Numbered from the stretch's first letter, positions 46,601-56,610 are shown. The stretch is 64,000 bases of DNA from Pseudohongiellaceae bacterium (GCA_045106275.1 JBGCEK010000005.1:89-64088); one strand, 5' to 3'. Notes: generated from the letters alone by a model not told the origin. A program made the numbers and translations.

Positions 46601-47338
46601 CTACTTAAATTTGAAGCCCTTTGAGGCTAGAAATTCTTTCATGTGTGGACGGGCTTTTTGTGAAAGTAAATCAGCAACCTGCTCGGTCCAACTAATGCCA
46701 TGACCACCGCCGGTCCGTGTTTTATAATATTCACGAATCGCGTCATCATAGTCAGCAATAGCAGCCTTGTCTCCTTCCTCGTTATATACCTCTTGTTTCA
46801 TAATCACCGACACAGGCAATCTCGGTTTCACCTCTGGGTCTTGATCAGGGTAGCCTAAACAAAGTCCAAATACAGGGTAAACCCCCTCTGGCAATTCAAG
46901 TAACTTTGAAACCGAATCTGGATTGTTTCGAATTCCACCGATATAGCAAATACCCAAACCTTCCGACTCAGCAGCAGTGACCATGCTCTGAGCCATAAGA
47001 GCGACATCCACAGTGGCAATGATGAAATGCTCGGTGAAATCCCCTTCGAATTCTTTACCATACTCCCGACAGTAATTCCCAGGTCGCTTCAAATCAGCAC
47101 AGAAAACGAGAAATTCGGCTGCTGTTTCCACATACTTCTGGTTGCCAGCGAGTTCCGCAATTTTAGCTCGTGTTTGGCTATTCGATACCCGAATAATAGT
47201 GGAACCCTGTAAAAAACTTGAAGTCGCCGCCGCCTGCCCTGCTAATACCAATTCGGTCAGTAAACTAGGAGCTATTGCTTGCTCACTAAATTTGCGGATA
47301 CTACGGTGGGACTTTAATAACTCAATAACAGAACTCAT
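46601..47338 (-). CDS. nfsA: oxygen-insensitive NADPH nitroreductase
   Basis: LLKSHRSIRKF N-terminus. The size and the GIRN, PVFGLCLGYPDQ segments match NfsA-type FMN reductases. Confidence 0.85.
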   Translation of the reverse strand: MSSVIELLKSHRSIRKFSEQAIAPSLLTELVLAGQAAATSSFLQGSTIIRVSNSQTRAKIAELAGNQKYVETAAEFLVFCADLKRPGNYCREYGKEFEGDFTEHFIIATVDVALMAQSMVTAAESEGLGICYIGGIRNNPDSVSKLLELPEGVYPVFGLCLGYPDQDPEVKPRLPVSVIMKQEVYNEEGDKAAIADYDDAIREYYKTRTGGGHGISWTEQVADLLSQKARPHMKEFLASKGFKFK

Positions 47339-47385
47339 CGCTTTTTTCCTAGCTGTTTAATTTGCGCGAGTGCAATCTCGCGCCT

Positions 47386-48588
47386 CTATAGATTTTCTGT
47401 GAGACCATTTAGAAAGGTCGGAACCACCTCGTTAGCTAATGTGGTCTCGGCGTTAAATAAGAGAACTAAGCCAATATTCGCATCTGGGACGAATACCATT
47501 TCAGAACGATAGCCCCTCACCCCGCCGCCATGATGAATTGCGCGAATTCCCTTATAGTCGAAAACGCGCCAACCGGTCGCATAATAGGCTTTCTCGAGAC
47601 CGCGCCAGCGGTTAAAATAATTTCCTCTTGGTGTAGAGATAATGGGCTCATGCAAGTTGCTTAAAAACTCTTTTGGTAATACCTCAGGGAATGCCCCTAA
47701 GTTGGCCCGCAGCCATAATGTCATATCAAAAATGCTCGCATTGACTCCCGATGCGGGTGCTACCGAGTAGTAAGCAGCATTGGTCGATGTAGGGCGCCAA
47801 CCACTTCGAAACTTTCTATGGGGTGCAGTCGCATGCTTATTGGATTCGTAACCTTCTAATCCAACAGTTGCAGTCACCATACCCAGGGGCTTGAATAAAT
47901 TTTCCTCAAGATATTTCTCATAGCTATCACCGGTACTTTTCTCCACCACATCCGCCGTGAGTGAAAAAACTACATTTTGGTAGCCATAGCAATCTCCCGG
48001 CTGACAAACTGTCGGGATCTGATCGAAGCGCTCCTTGATTCTATTGTAAGGGACTCCGTCGTCGAGCATGTTTGAATAGCTATGCGGCATCAAACCCGTT
48101 GAATGGCTAACTACATGCTTCAGCGTAATATTATGGGAACTAGCCCTGGTTCCTAAGTCCATGCGGGGAAAAAGATCTGTTAACAAAGTGTCCCAAGACA
48201 CCAAGTCTTCTTCCACCAACAATGCAGCAGCAGTCCCTGCAAATGTCTTTGACATCGAGGCTATTCTAAAGATGGAATCAGAACTCACTAGCTCCGACTC
48301 ACCCACTTTCTTTACACCCCAGGTTTCGAGATGGGACACACCTTCCTTGGATACGATCGCCAATGCACCGCCGGGGATTTTATTTTCGGCACTTTCTTGA
48401 TGTAACCACGCTATGAAGTCGCCGGTCTCATAGTTATAAGAAACTTCTTGAGAAACGATTTCCGGCTCTTCTCCATAAACAAATACAGACATGCAGAAAC
48501 AGGTTATAGCGGTTATGAATCTAACGTATGACTTTGGCGGGTATTGCAAAGTTAGTAATCTCTCTCGTATTCTCGCGTAACTGCTCAT
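47386..48588 (-). CDS. serine hydrolase of the beta-lactamase/class C esterase family
   Basis: S-x-x-K (ASMSKTF), Y-x-N (YSN) and a C-terminal HHGGG box in the expected order. Confidence 0.85.
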   Translation of the reverse strand: MSSYARIRERLLTLQYPPKSYVRFITAITCFCMSVFVYGEEPEIVSQEVSYNYETGDFIAWLHQESAENKIPGGALAIVSKEGVSHLETWGVKKVGESELVSSDSIFRIASMSKTFAGTAAALLVEEDLVSWDTLLTDLFPRMDLGTRASSHNITLKHVVSHSTGLMPHSYSNMLDDGVPYNRIKERFDQIPTVCQPGDCYGYQNVVFSLTADVVEKSTGDSYEKYLEENLFKPLGMVTATVGLEGYESNKHATAPHRKFRSGWRPTSTNAAYYSVAPASGVNASIFDMTLWLRANLGAFPEVLPKEFLSNLHEPIISTPRGNYFNRWRGLEKAYYATGWRVFDYKGIRAIHHGGGVRGYRSEMVFVPDANIGLVLLFNAETTLANEVVPTFLNGLTENL

Positions 48589-48697
48589 CGGAATTTCACG
48601 GTCAAAAGTACGTTATCCAGTATTCTCTCTGCGTAGTGCTGTAAAAGAGAAATCTCGCTGGGACTATAAGTACTTTTCCAATAAAAACCTAGCAGAT

Positions 48698-48732
48698 AAA
48701 AAAAGGCCGACTTAACTTCTATTAAGTCGGCC
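48698..48732 (-). terminator. Rho-independent terminator downstream of the Do-family protease gene
   Basis: 11-bp perfect stem GGCCGACTTAA/TTAAGTCGGCC (48705-48715 / 48722-48732) with a 6-nt loop, followed on the minus strand by a T7 run (plus-strand A-run 48698-48704). Confidence 0.75.
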
Positions 48733-48791
48733 AAACGGGGGCACATTTTAGCGCACCAAGCCTCAAAAAACGGTTAAGCTTTAGGAGGTCC

Positions 48792-50228
48792 TCATGCTCT
48801 TGGAATGAAAAGCAGCATCTGCCGCCCTTCTCTAAAAACCGTAACTGCTGAAAATCGATCAGTTTCATTAATTTCTGCATCTAAGGAGGCAATCGACGTC
48901 ACTGGCTGACGGTTAACTTCAACAATCAAATCTCCCTCGCGAAGACCAGCTAAAGCAGCTCTGCTACTTGGCTCTAAGCGATCGACTTTGAGGCCTGATT
49001 GCTTTACACCATTAGTTTCAGCAGTCACTTCACTCAGGGCAGTGCCAGCAATCCCAGCGGGTTGAACGGAGCCCGAAGAATCACTGACTAACTCACCAGA
49101 CTCTCCACCAATCGTCACCTTTAGAGCCGATCTCTTTCCGTCTCTAAAGAGCACCAAATCCACTTCCTTTCCCTGTCTCATTAAGCCAACGGTATTTCTG
49201 AGCTCGCGACTGCTATCGATGGCTCTACCGTCTATTTCTACGATGATGTCCGACACTGCTATCCCTGCTTGTTCTGCAGCACTTCCCTCTAAAACACTTG
49301 TGACAATGGCCCCATTCTTTAGCTGCGCACCCAAAGATTCTGAAATTTCCGGCGTAGCGGTGGCGATGGTGACGCCGAGCATACCGCGCCTCACTTCTCC
49401 ATCACGTTCGAGATGGCCCACAACCCTTGCTACCATGTCGGCTGGTACAGCAAATCCAATTCCATTGCTGCCGCCACCATTACCGCTTATGATCGCCGTA
49501 TTTATACCCACCAGATTCCCTTCCAAATCCACTAAGGCACCGCCCGAGTTGCCGACATTTATCGCGGCATCTGTTTGGATAAAGTCTTCATAGTTTTGGT
49601 TGTTCAAACCCGCCCTGCCCAAAGCGCTCACGATTCCAGAGGTGACTGTTTGCCCGATGCCGAATGGATTACCAATAGCCAGGACATAGTCACCGACTTG
49701 GACAGATTCCGTGTCGGCAAACTGCACTTCGGATAGATCTGGCGCGTCGATCTTGAGCAAAGCGATATCAGTCGCTTGATCACTACCTACCAAGGTGGCT
49801 TCAATAACCCGCTGATCTTGCAGCTGAACGGATATATTACTGGCCCCCTCCACCACATGATGATTGGTAATGATGTATCCCTCTTCACTGTCAATGATTA
49901 CGCCTGAACCGGCGCCTGTGGCAAAGGGCTGCTGTCGATTACGAGGACTTAAATCGGGCCGTCTCTCGAAAAACCTTCTTACTTCATCGGGAATGTTTTC
50001 AGTCCCGAATGAGAATTGGGTGCTCGTTGGAACTTGCTTGGTTACCCTGATGTTCACCACAGCAGGAGTTGTCATTTCAAGCATGGGTGCCAATGACGGT
50101 AACCCCGCCTGTAGGGCTTCTTTACTGATAGCAAATGAGTGATTGCTCAGCGATACAGTGAGCGATAAAACAAAGACTATGCCGCATATCCGGCCAAAAA
50201 TACTGTTCTTAGCACTGTTCATGGTCAT
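48792..50228 (-). CDS. degQ: periplasmic serine endoprotease, Do/DegQ family with two PDZ domains
   Basis: Signal peptide and the catalytic triad regions TNHHVV, TDIALLKI, GNSGGALV, then two PDZ-like segments. DegP and DegQ cannot be distinguished from sequence alone. Confidence 0.9.
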   Translation of the reverse strand: MTMNSAKNSIFGRICGIVFVLSLTVSLSNHSFAISKEALQAGLPSLAPMLEMTTPAVVNIRVTKQVPTSTQFSFGTENIPDEVRRFFERRPDLSPRNRQQPFATGAGSGVIIDSEEGYIITNHHVVEGASNISVQLQDQRVIEATLVGSDQATDIALLKIDAPDLSEVQFADTESVQVGDYVLAIGNPFGIGQTVTSGIVSALGRAGLNNQNYEDFIQTDAAINVGNSGGALVDLEGNLVGINTAIISGNGGGSNGIGFAVPADMVARVVGHLERDGEVRRGMLGVTIATATPEISESLGAQLKNGAIVTSVLEGSAAEQAGIAVSDIIVEIDGRAIDSSRELRNTVGLMRQGKEVDLVLFRDGKRSALKVTIGGESGELVSDSSGSVQPAGIAGTALSEVTAETNGVKQSGLKVDRLEPSSRAALAGLREGDLIVEVNRQPVTSIASLDAEINETDRFSAVTVFREGRQMLLFIPRA

Positions 50229-50549
50229 TCTCCGTTAAATGATGGTGGCGCTAGGTTCATTACCTGCGCTGACCTGGAGAATGTAGCGGGTTGAAGACTC
50301 AAAAAACCTGAATGAGAAGTGAAAAAAATGTCCAGAAAACGTCCAAAGGCCGGGATTTGCTGGATATTCTAGAGCGGGGTTTCATAACATACAGTGAACA
50401 TTTTAATAGAAACTTTTTTAATAAAAGTTCGTCTAATTGATCGTGAAATGAGAATTTGGGCGTGGGCACTCAACCCAATCATAAAATTGAATGTAGCTTA
50501 ACTTTAGCCTTTAACTAATTGTTATAAAACAAGTATTGGTAATTTAATA

Positions 50550-51560
50550 ATGAAATCAAGTGAGACTACAGAGCAGAGCGACTCAAACTCAAATGGGTTT
50601 TCACCCCCTTTGACCCAGCCTTTTCAGCTAGTTGATTGGCATGTTATGCCGGATCGCAATGTGGTTAAGCACCGAAGCAACACGAAGCCTCGATCAATAG
50701 AGCCTCGCTTAATGCAGTTGCTTTGCTTCTTCGCTGCGAACCCACTCACGGTAATTGACCGAGATACCCTGGTTCAATACCTATGGCCAAACGTAATTGT
50801 TAACGAAAATTCTTTGACTCGAGCTATTTCGGAACTCCGTAAACAGCTGAAGGGAGGCTGTGATAAGCAAACAATCGAAACGATCCCCAAACGAGGCTAT
50901 CGGCTTAGTCAAACGATCAGCATCTGCAATAGGGTTCCAGAAGAGAGTCCGAATCCCTCGCTACCACGAAACCAGAGTACGACTCTCTACCGCGCGATAA
51001 CAACCGGCGAATCAAACTGGAAATACCCTCAGCTACCTGTCCTAACGCTGGCTTTTGCTGCCTTACTCTCGGTTGGTGTTGCTAGTAATTCAGGTGTACT
51101 CCCCACAAGAGCGATCACGAGCACGGCTCCAATTGCTGATGAAGTCCTAGCAAGCACACCGGATTTTCTAGGAGGCGAATTAGAACTGAGCTCCACGGAA
51201 ACCGAGTTTCAAGTAAAAGCGTCAATTAGCGAGCCTATCGTATCTCACGACGGCAGAGATATTGCCTACGTATCCTATAATCACGCGGGGTCGACAATAT
51301 ACATCGGCACACTGAATCAAATGGGTGAACCCTATCCGGTTTATCACGACTCGGAAAAACTCATTAACCTGTCTTGGTCTCCAGTTGGACGATCATTGCT
51401 CTTTACTAAAAAGCCAAATATCACAGCAGCTGCCTTATTCGAGGCTAAGTCAGTGAACGAGCTATTGGTATTGGATGTGGCGACGGGTGAAGTGCAGCGG
51501 TTAGTGGAAGATAGCCTTCCCAGAACTGGTCAGACTGTTAGCGAGAGCAACCTCACCTAA
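50550..51560 (+). CDS. CadC/ToxR-like membrane-bound transcriptional regulator (winged helix + TM + periplasmic TolB-like domain)
   Basis: OmpR/PhoB-type winged helix (EPRLMQLLCFFAANPLTVIDRDTLVQYLWPNVIVNENSLTRAISELRKQL...PKRGYRL). One TM (LPVLTLAFAALLSVGVA). The C-terminus has beta-propeller-like repeats (HDGRDIAYVSY..., WSPVGRSLLFT). Confidence 0.7.
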   Translation: MKSSETTEQSDSNSNGFSPPLTQPFQLVDWHVMPDRNVVKHRSNTKPRSIEPRLMQLLCFFAANPLTVIDRDTLVQYLWPNVIVNENSLTRAISELRKQLKGGCDKQTIETIPKRGYRLSQTISICNRVPEESPNPSLPRNQSTTLYRAITTGESNWKYPQLPVLTLAFAALLSVGVASNSGVLPTRAITSTAPIADEVLASTPDFLGGELELSSTETEFQVKASISEPIVSHDGRDIAYVSYNHAGSTIYIGTLNQMGEPYPVYHDSEKLINLSWSPVGRSLLFTKKPNITAAALFEAKSVNELLVLDVATGEVQRLVEDSLPRTGQTVSESNLT

Positions 51561-51608
51561 AGTCACCTTCACAGTAAAACGGTAGCACCCCCCGACACCT
51601 CTCGCTAG

Positions 51609-52559
51609 CTAGTGATCCATGCTCATGGGTCCGATAACGGTAGAGAAATAGGCTGTGACAGAAAGAATCAACACAGCGAACACAGCCTCGACTCTCAACG
51701 AGCGCCTAAATGCTGCCACCCCCCTTTCACCTGTGAGGTTTGGCACTAACTTGAGCTTGTTAATCGCTGCTATTGCTAAAATGCCTATCACCAGAGCAAT
51801 CTTGGCTAAAACACTGAGGCCATAGGCACTGCCAAACAGCTCCTCCCAAGACTGAAACAATTCCAAAACCAACAATCCGCCGGCTGAAATTAGTAAGGCA
51901 ACAAGGAATATAGCGTGCTGGCCAAAAAGCCTCAGCTTTGCTTGGACAAACTCCACTTTAGGGACATTAATTAGAACGGTTAGGGGATACAAAATACCAA
52001 TCCAGAACCCAAAAGCCACCACATGAACCGCAATTGCCAGTTGAGCGAGTGTACTGAGAACAGACACGTGGCCAATTAAGCGAAAACTGAGACTTAGACT
52101 CATCAAAGCGAAACAGTTCAGAGTGAAAAGCCGCCGGTAAAACAGCTTGCTCGGTGACACTGATACTTTCTGTAGAGCCCAAACTGCCCACAGATTCACA
52201 AGGAAAGCCGCGCCAAAACCAAGCAAGCGATAAAGGGTTGCATCGCCTAACTGGGTATCGATCAGCATTTGAGACATGGCTAAATCGAACATACCGCTGA
52301 AGCCTGCCCCGTTTATCTGCCCGATTTGAGCCAAAAAGCTCACAATCGATCCTTGAAAGCCAACGAAGGCACCCACTCCAGAGTAAATGAGAATCCGAGT
52401 CGTTGTCTGCCTACTGCCATCAGAGTAAGCAACTAAAAATAGACTGCCACCAGCGATACTCGCAAGACCAAAGTAGACTGATAATTTGCAAAAAATGCTT
52501 AAGGTTTCCCAAACACTTGGGATTAGAAAGGAATCCATAGGGAGTGCAGCTAGATCCAC
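51609..52559 (-). CDS. copD: copper resistance protein D family membrane protein
   Basis: 316 aa, ~8 TM helices, directly downstream of copC. The layout is typical of CopD. Confidence 0.75.
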   Translation of the reverse strand: MDLAALPMDSFLIPSVWETLSIFCKLSVYFGLASIAGGSLFLVAYSDGSRQTTTRILIYSGVGAFVGFQGSIVSFLAQIGQINGAGFSGMFDLAMSQMLIDTQLGDATLYRLLGFGAAFLVNLWAVWALQKVSVSPSKLFYRRLFTLNCFALMSLSLSFRLIGHVSVLSTLAQLAIAVHVVAFGFWIGILYPLTVLINVPKVEFVQAKLRLFGQHAIFLVALLISAGGLLVLELFQSWEELFGSAYGLSVLAKIALVIGILAIAAINKLKLVPNLTGERGVAAFRRSLRVEAVFAVLILSVTAYFSTVIGPMSMDH

Positions 52560-52586
52560 TTTGCGCGGATCTAGCTGCGCGCAAAA

Positions 52587-52970
52587 TTACTGGCTAATTG
52601 AAGCTGTGCTAGCTGGATCTACTTCAAACTCAAAGGAATCAGTCAACGTGTGTCCATCAGCACCAATTGCTGCCCAATTCACCGTAAATTTACCAGGATG
52701 CATACCAGGAGTTTCAAATGTGTAGGTTGCTTTAGCAGCGGTACTTGGCTCAAACGAAGTTGGCATTTCGTGACCTACCCCCATCAACTCAAGCTTTATA
52801 AGCTTTACATCGCCGGAAAATGTCAGTGTTATCTCGTTAGGTGCAGTGCTAATGGTAGTGCCATCGGCAGGCATGGATTCTTTCAGCCCCGTATGAGCAT
52901 GAGCCGCCAGCTGTACAAACGCTGCAGTGACAACAAATATCATTGATTTGACTAAAAGCTTCATCTTCAT
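52587..52970 (-). CDS. copC: periplasmic copper-binding protein CopC
   Basis: The signal peptide ends in AAHAH, giving an N-terminal His after cleavage. ITLTFSGDVKLIKLEL...FTVNWAAIGADGHTLTDSFEFEV matches the CopC consensus, including the DGH motif. Confidence 0.85.
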   Translation of the reverse strand: MKMKLLVKSMIFVVTAAFVQLAAHAHTGLKESMPADGTTISTAPNEITLTFSGDVKLIKLELMGVGHEMPTSFEPSTAAKATYTFETPGMHPGKFTVNWAAIGADGHTLTDSFEFEVDPASTASISQ

Positions 52971-53077
52971 AAGTATGTCCAGAATTAAGTAAATTAAGAG
53001 CTAATTATCTCACGAAGACTGAGCTAAGAATGCCAACCAGCTGCGACAAATTGTCACAGCACATCTACCTCAAAAGG

Positions 53078-53818
53078 CTATTTCCGCTGCCAAACATGGG
53101 TCATCGGAGACATATTCAGTTCTTCGAAAACGGTCTCTGGGCGAGCCTCCATAACCATTAGCAATGCACGAGCCACATCTTCCGGTTCTATTGCATTCGC
53201 CGAACTAGGACCCGGTTCAAAGTGAAGATCATCAAAAAAGGGGGTTCGAACCGCCCCAGGATTTAACAAAGTTACCCTGATCCCTGATTTACCGCACTCT
53301 TCTCTAAGGGCTTGAGAAAACCCTCTCAGTGCAAATTTGCTCGCGCAGTAAACGCTCCCTTGTCTTGCTCCTTTGAGTGCCGCTTCTGACCCAGTGTAGA
53401 CAATGTCTGCGGATACAGCTTGACTCTTCATACGAGGCAACAGAGCTTTGGTAAGGACCGCATGGCTGGTGAAATTAGTATCCATCACCAACTGTAAGTC
53501 CGAAACCGAAAGCTGCTCCAGAAAAGCCATTTTACCTATCCCTGCATTACTCACTAACGCTCTAATTGGCCCTTCTATAGAGTCAATCAGTGTTTTTATA
53601 GAGACAGTTAACGAGCCAATATCGGCCAAGTCTATGCTTTTGAATGTAAAATTCCCGGAATTATTAAGAGCAGTCAAATCCGGACTTGCCTTCTTATCGA
53701 TTCCTAAAACCCGGTATCCTCTGTTCAAGAGCTCGATTGTCATTGCCAAACCTATTCCAGAACTACAACCTGTCAAAATCACTATGCCGTCATTAATCCC
53801 GCTCTGGTTTTTATCCAT
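53078..53818 (-). CDS. SDR family oxidoreductase
   Basis: TGCSSGIG, NAG and YCASK catalytic motifs. Confidence 0.85.
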   Translation of the reverse strand: MDKNQSGINDGIVILTGCSSGIGLAMTIELLNRGYRVLGIDKKASPDLTALNNSGNFTFKSIDLADIGSLTVSIKTLIDSIEGPIRALVSNAGIGKMAFLEQLSVSDLQLVMDTNFTSHAVLTKALLPRMKSQAVSADIVYTGSEAALKGARQGSVYCASKFALRGFSQALREECGKSGIRVTLLNPGAVRTPFFDDLHFEPGPSSANAIEPEDVARALLMVMEARPETVFEELNMSPMTHVWQRK

Positions 53819-53842
53819 TGTTATATTCCTTTAGCCTTACTA

Positions 53843-54841
53843 TCAAGCACAGCGATAATACTGTTCTGGAGAAATATATTGGTGTACCAAATTCTCTAGA
53901 CGTTCAATCGTGCTCTTGCAATCTTCATCCTTACCTTTATCCCTCAGCGACACCATACCGTCGCGCACCTTAATAGGCTGAGCATAGAGGGCCTCATCGG
54001 GATAAAGCTTGGTAATTGTTTTGTGAAATTCTGTCGGCATGCGAAATTCGCCTAGTGAGACAGAGTGAATCTGTTGCGCGTCAAGCATCGAAAACACTTT
54101 TTCAAACAGCGCCACATACTCTTCAATTACGGTCTCTGAAAATACGATGGGTTCAAACCTCAGTGCAATGGGCCAACCTTTCGCCTGCAGTTTCACTAAC
54201 GCATCAAGCCGCTTATCAATAGAAGGGACTTTGTGCTCCCACCTCTTTGAAGCCATTTCGCTTGAGAAGCTCATGGCAGTCACGACATTAGGAATTGCGG
54301 AGCGCTCTAGCAGCCCTCTAACCTGTGTACTCTTAGTTCTAATTTCCATCACAGCATTAGGGTAGTCGTGGAAAAGAGGCAAGAAGAATTCGCAAAAGTG
54401 GCTTATGGGCTCTAACGCCAGACTATCGCAATCATAGCCACTGTAGTAGTTACCTTCCCCTTGGGCCGCGACAATATGCTCTTTTATCCCCTCGTAAAAA
54501 TCTTCATAGTTAACAAATAGAACTGTGTTTGAAGAGCGATACATTCCCTGCAAGAAGCAGTAGCGACAATCGTAAACACAGTTCAACATATGAGAAAAAT
54601 AATAACTCTCTTTTCCATCAAAACCATATCCTTCCGGTGTAGGAAGCACTAGATTACCGTGCTTTTTAGCAAGAATTAACGCGGGCAGTGATTTTTGGAT
54701 CCGAAAATTTTGACCATTCCGATTAAAAACCTCCCCATAGCGTTCGCACTCTATGATAGGCAAACCGCTGAAACGGGCGCGAATTTCCATCACTCTGGGG
54801 TGATCTCGAACTTCTTTTTCAATATAAATCGCTGAAAACAT
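53843..54841 (-). CDS. spore-photoproduct-lyase (SPL) family radical SAM protein
   Basis: Begins IYIEKEV like SplB. The CxxxCxxC cluster (CVYDCRYCFLQ) is near residue 90, and the length and layout resemble SplB. No sporulation genes are present, so the protein function is unknown. Confidence 0.8.
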   Translation of the reverse strand: MFSAIYIEKEVRDHPRVMEIRARFSGLPIIECERYGEVFNRNGQNFRIQKSLPALILAKKHGNLVLPTPEGYGFDGKESYYFSHMLNCVYDCRYCFLQGMYRSSNTVLFVNYEDFYEGIKEHIVAAQGEGNYYSGYDCDSLALEPISHFCEFFLPLFHDYPNAVMEIRTKSTQVRGLLERSAIPNVVTAMSFSSEMASKRWEHKVPSIDKRLDALVKLQAKGWPIALRFEPIVFSETVIEEYVALFEKVFSMLDAQQIHSVSLGEFRMPTEFHKTITKLYPDEALYAQPIKVRDGMVSLRDKGKDEDCKSTIERLENLVHQYISPEQYYRCA

Positions 54842-54861
54842 TGCGGTAGGAAGTCTCTTTT

Positions 54862-55689
54862 TTAAAGAACAAGTTTATCTAAACGCGCTTCTAACTGTTG
54901 CAATAGGTCCTTCGAGCTCAATTTTTTCATAGTTAAAAAGCACTCAAGCTCGTGTTCTATTCCGGTTGCTTTAAACCGCTGGCAGGCTCGCTTGAGTTGA
55001 AGACTTTGGGTTACGCTGAACTGGAAATTATTACGTAATTCAAAAAAACTATCCGGTAAGGACTGTGCCGCATAATAGTGTGCGGCTATCTCTTGCAGTC
55101 TGCCCACAACCTCATCTAAGTTTTCACACAGCCCCTGCATGATTTTACTTATCTCTGATTTAGTTAAGGTATCAATTCCTTGGTCTCGATTATCTGAAAC
55201 CACTTTTAAGAGTTGCACTAATTCTAAGCGTGAAAATTTTCGCGCCGTCTCCCAAAACGCCCACCCTTCCATATCATAAGCCACATCGAGAGGATAATCC
55301 CGCTCAGGAACATCTACGGTAATCAATTCGCACGACACTATAGTCGATGGAATGGGAAACGGGTACTGGACGGAATCCGTGCTCGCTTCTCTCACTTTGT
55401 GAATAACTAAAGTTTCTCCTACCCTTAGACTTTGATGGCCAGCAATCCCCAAATTTATCCAAATTGACTCTTCAATTGAATTGTTTTGACCAACAGTCGC
55501 CAAGTACGCTGTGCCAGCTGCAGCGTTAACCTTTCCCATGCCGCAAACCACTAGCTTGAATCGCCCCGCTTCGTAGATAGGGAATGCGGTGTTCTGTTTG
55601 ACCTTGCGCAATCGAAATTTTTCTATTACTGGCGCCGCCTCTAAAGAGTGCGCAACTACAAAATTAACTATTGGGTTCGTATTCGTCAT
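54862..55689 (-). CDS. PNP_UDP_1 (MTA/SAH nucleosidase-like) phosphorylase family protein with C-terminal helical extension
   Basis: FKLVVCGMGKVNAAAGTAYL and INLGIAGH are typical of Pfs/nucleoside phosphorylase family 1, and DMEGWAF is the substrate-binding acid region. The ~90-aa C-terminal extension is unassigned. Confidence 0.65.
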   Translation of the reverse strand: MTNTNPIVNFVVAHSLEAAPVIEKFRLRKVKQNTAFPIYEAGRFKLVVCGMGKVNAAAGTAYLATVGQNNSIEESIWINLGIAGHQSLRVGETLVIHKVREASTDSVQYPFPIPSTIVSCELITVDVPERDYPLDVAYDMEGWAFWETARKFSRLELVQLLKVVSDNRDQGIDTLTKSEISKIMQGLCENLDEVVGRLQEIAAHYYAAQSLPDSFFELRNNFQFSVTQSLQLKRACQRFKATGIEHELECFLTMKKLSSKDLLQQLEARLDKLVL

Positions 55690-55702
55690 CTTAGAGGCCG
55701 CT

Positions 55703-56593
55703 CTAACTGATAATTAAGGCTTCGAATTTCCTAGCCATTGTGTAATTGTCTCGTTTGAGAGCACCGTTTACCAAAATGTTACATTTTTTCCGTAGCACCA
55801 ACTTAGCAGAATTCATTTCAGCTTGGCTAAGCTGCTCAGCTCTCTCCGAACAGAGAAACCGATTCAGTGCGGCTACTCTAAACCGGTCAAGTCCCCAGTG
55901 AATGGTTGATAACTGGTCAGAAGCACCGCCAAATTTATTGAGCAGTGGTTTATTGACGCATAGTGTTGGGTGTTCGCAGCAAATCTTAAGCCAAAGATCA
56001 TAGTCTTCACAGGCGGGAAGCTTCTCATCAAAACCACCTACTTCAAGAAGTAAGGTTTTTTCTATTAGCACAGATGAAGGCGAAATAGCACAAAGCTCAA
56101 GGCAATCTTCAAATAGTCGCCCGCCGCGTTTTCTATACCTCTGCGTTTTGTTCACTTGCTTACCGTTTCGAAACCACACTTCATCGGTATGAACAAGTCT
56201 GTGCTCACGTTCTTTATCCAAAGCTCTAAATTGCAGTTCCAATTTTTCTTTATGCCACTCGTCATCGGAATCTAACAAGGCTATCCAATGGCTTTTTGAT
56301 AAACGAATACCTTTATTGCGGGCACTGCTTACTCCGCAATTCGGTTGATAAATATACCTTACGGTGGGATAGTAAGTGTTAACCAGTGATTCTGTATTAT
56401 CGGTTGAACCGTCATCAACTACGAGAATTTCATCAACAGCCCAAGTCTGCGCCATCACGGAATCTAATGCCCTCGCGAGCGTATGCTCCCTGTTGTAGCT
56501 GGGAATTACGACAGATACTGTATCCAAGATTCCCTCACCCATTGAGCTTCCTGACAAAAACCCGGCAAAAAAAATGGGAACCGAAGTTCCCAT
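55703..56593 (-). CDS. family 2 glycosyltransferase
   Basis: VSVVIPSYNREHTLARALDSVMAQT...EILVVDDGSTDNT and the DSDD acid motif (LLDSDDEW). The start may be the internal Met at residue 18. Confidence 0.85.
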   Translation of the reverse strand: MGTSVPIFFAGFLSGSSMGEGILDTVSVVIPSYNREHTLARALDSVMAQTWAVDEILVVDDGSTDNTESLVNTYYPTVRYIYQPNCGVSSARNKGIRLSKSHWIALLDSDDEWHKEKLELQFRALDKEREHRLVHTDEVWFRNGKQVNKTQRYRKRGGRLFEDCLELCAISPSSVLIEKTLLLEVGGFDEKLPACEDYDLWLKICCEHPTLCVNKPLLNKFGGASDQLSTIHWGLDRFRVAALNRFLCSERAEQLSQAEMNSAKLVLRKKCNILVNGALKRDNYTMARKFEALIIS

Positions 56594-56610
56594 TTTCCGC
56601 TTAAGACATT

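Noticed and set aside
53230-53260. gggggttcgaaccgcccc, a T-arm-like tRNA motif
   Set aside because: It lies inside the SDR coding frame (53078-53818), with no flanking acceptor or anticodon arms. No tRNA-like cloverleaf was found anywhere in the window.
53843-56593. Reading the radical SAM + nucleosidase + GT2 trio as hopanoid side-chain genes (hpnH/hpnG/hpnI)
   Set aside because: The radical SAM protein has the SplB-like layout (IYIE start, CxxxCxxC near residue 90, ~330 aa) rather than HpnH or B12-binding HpnJ features. No squalene-hopene cyclase or other hpn genes are nearby.
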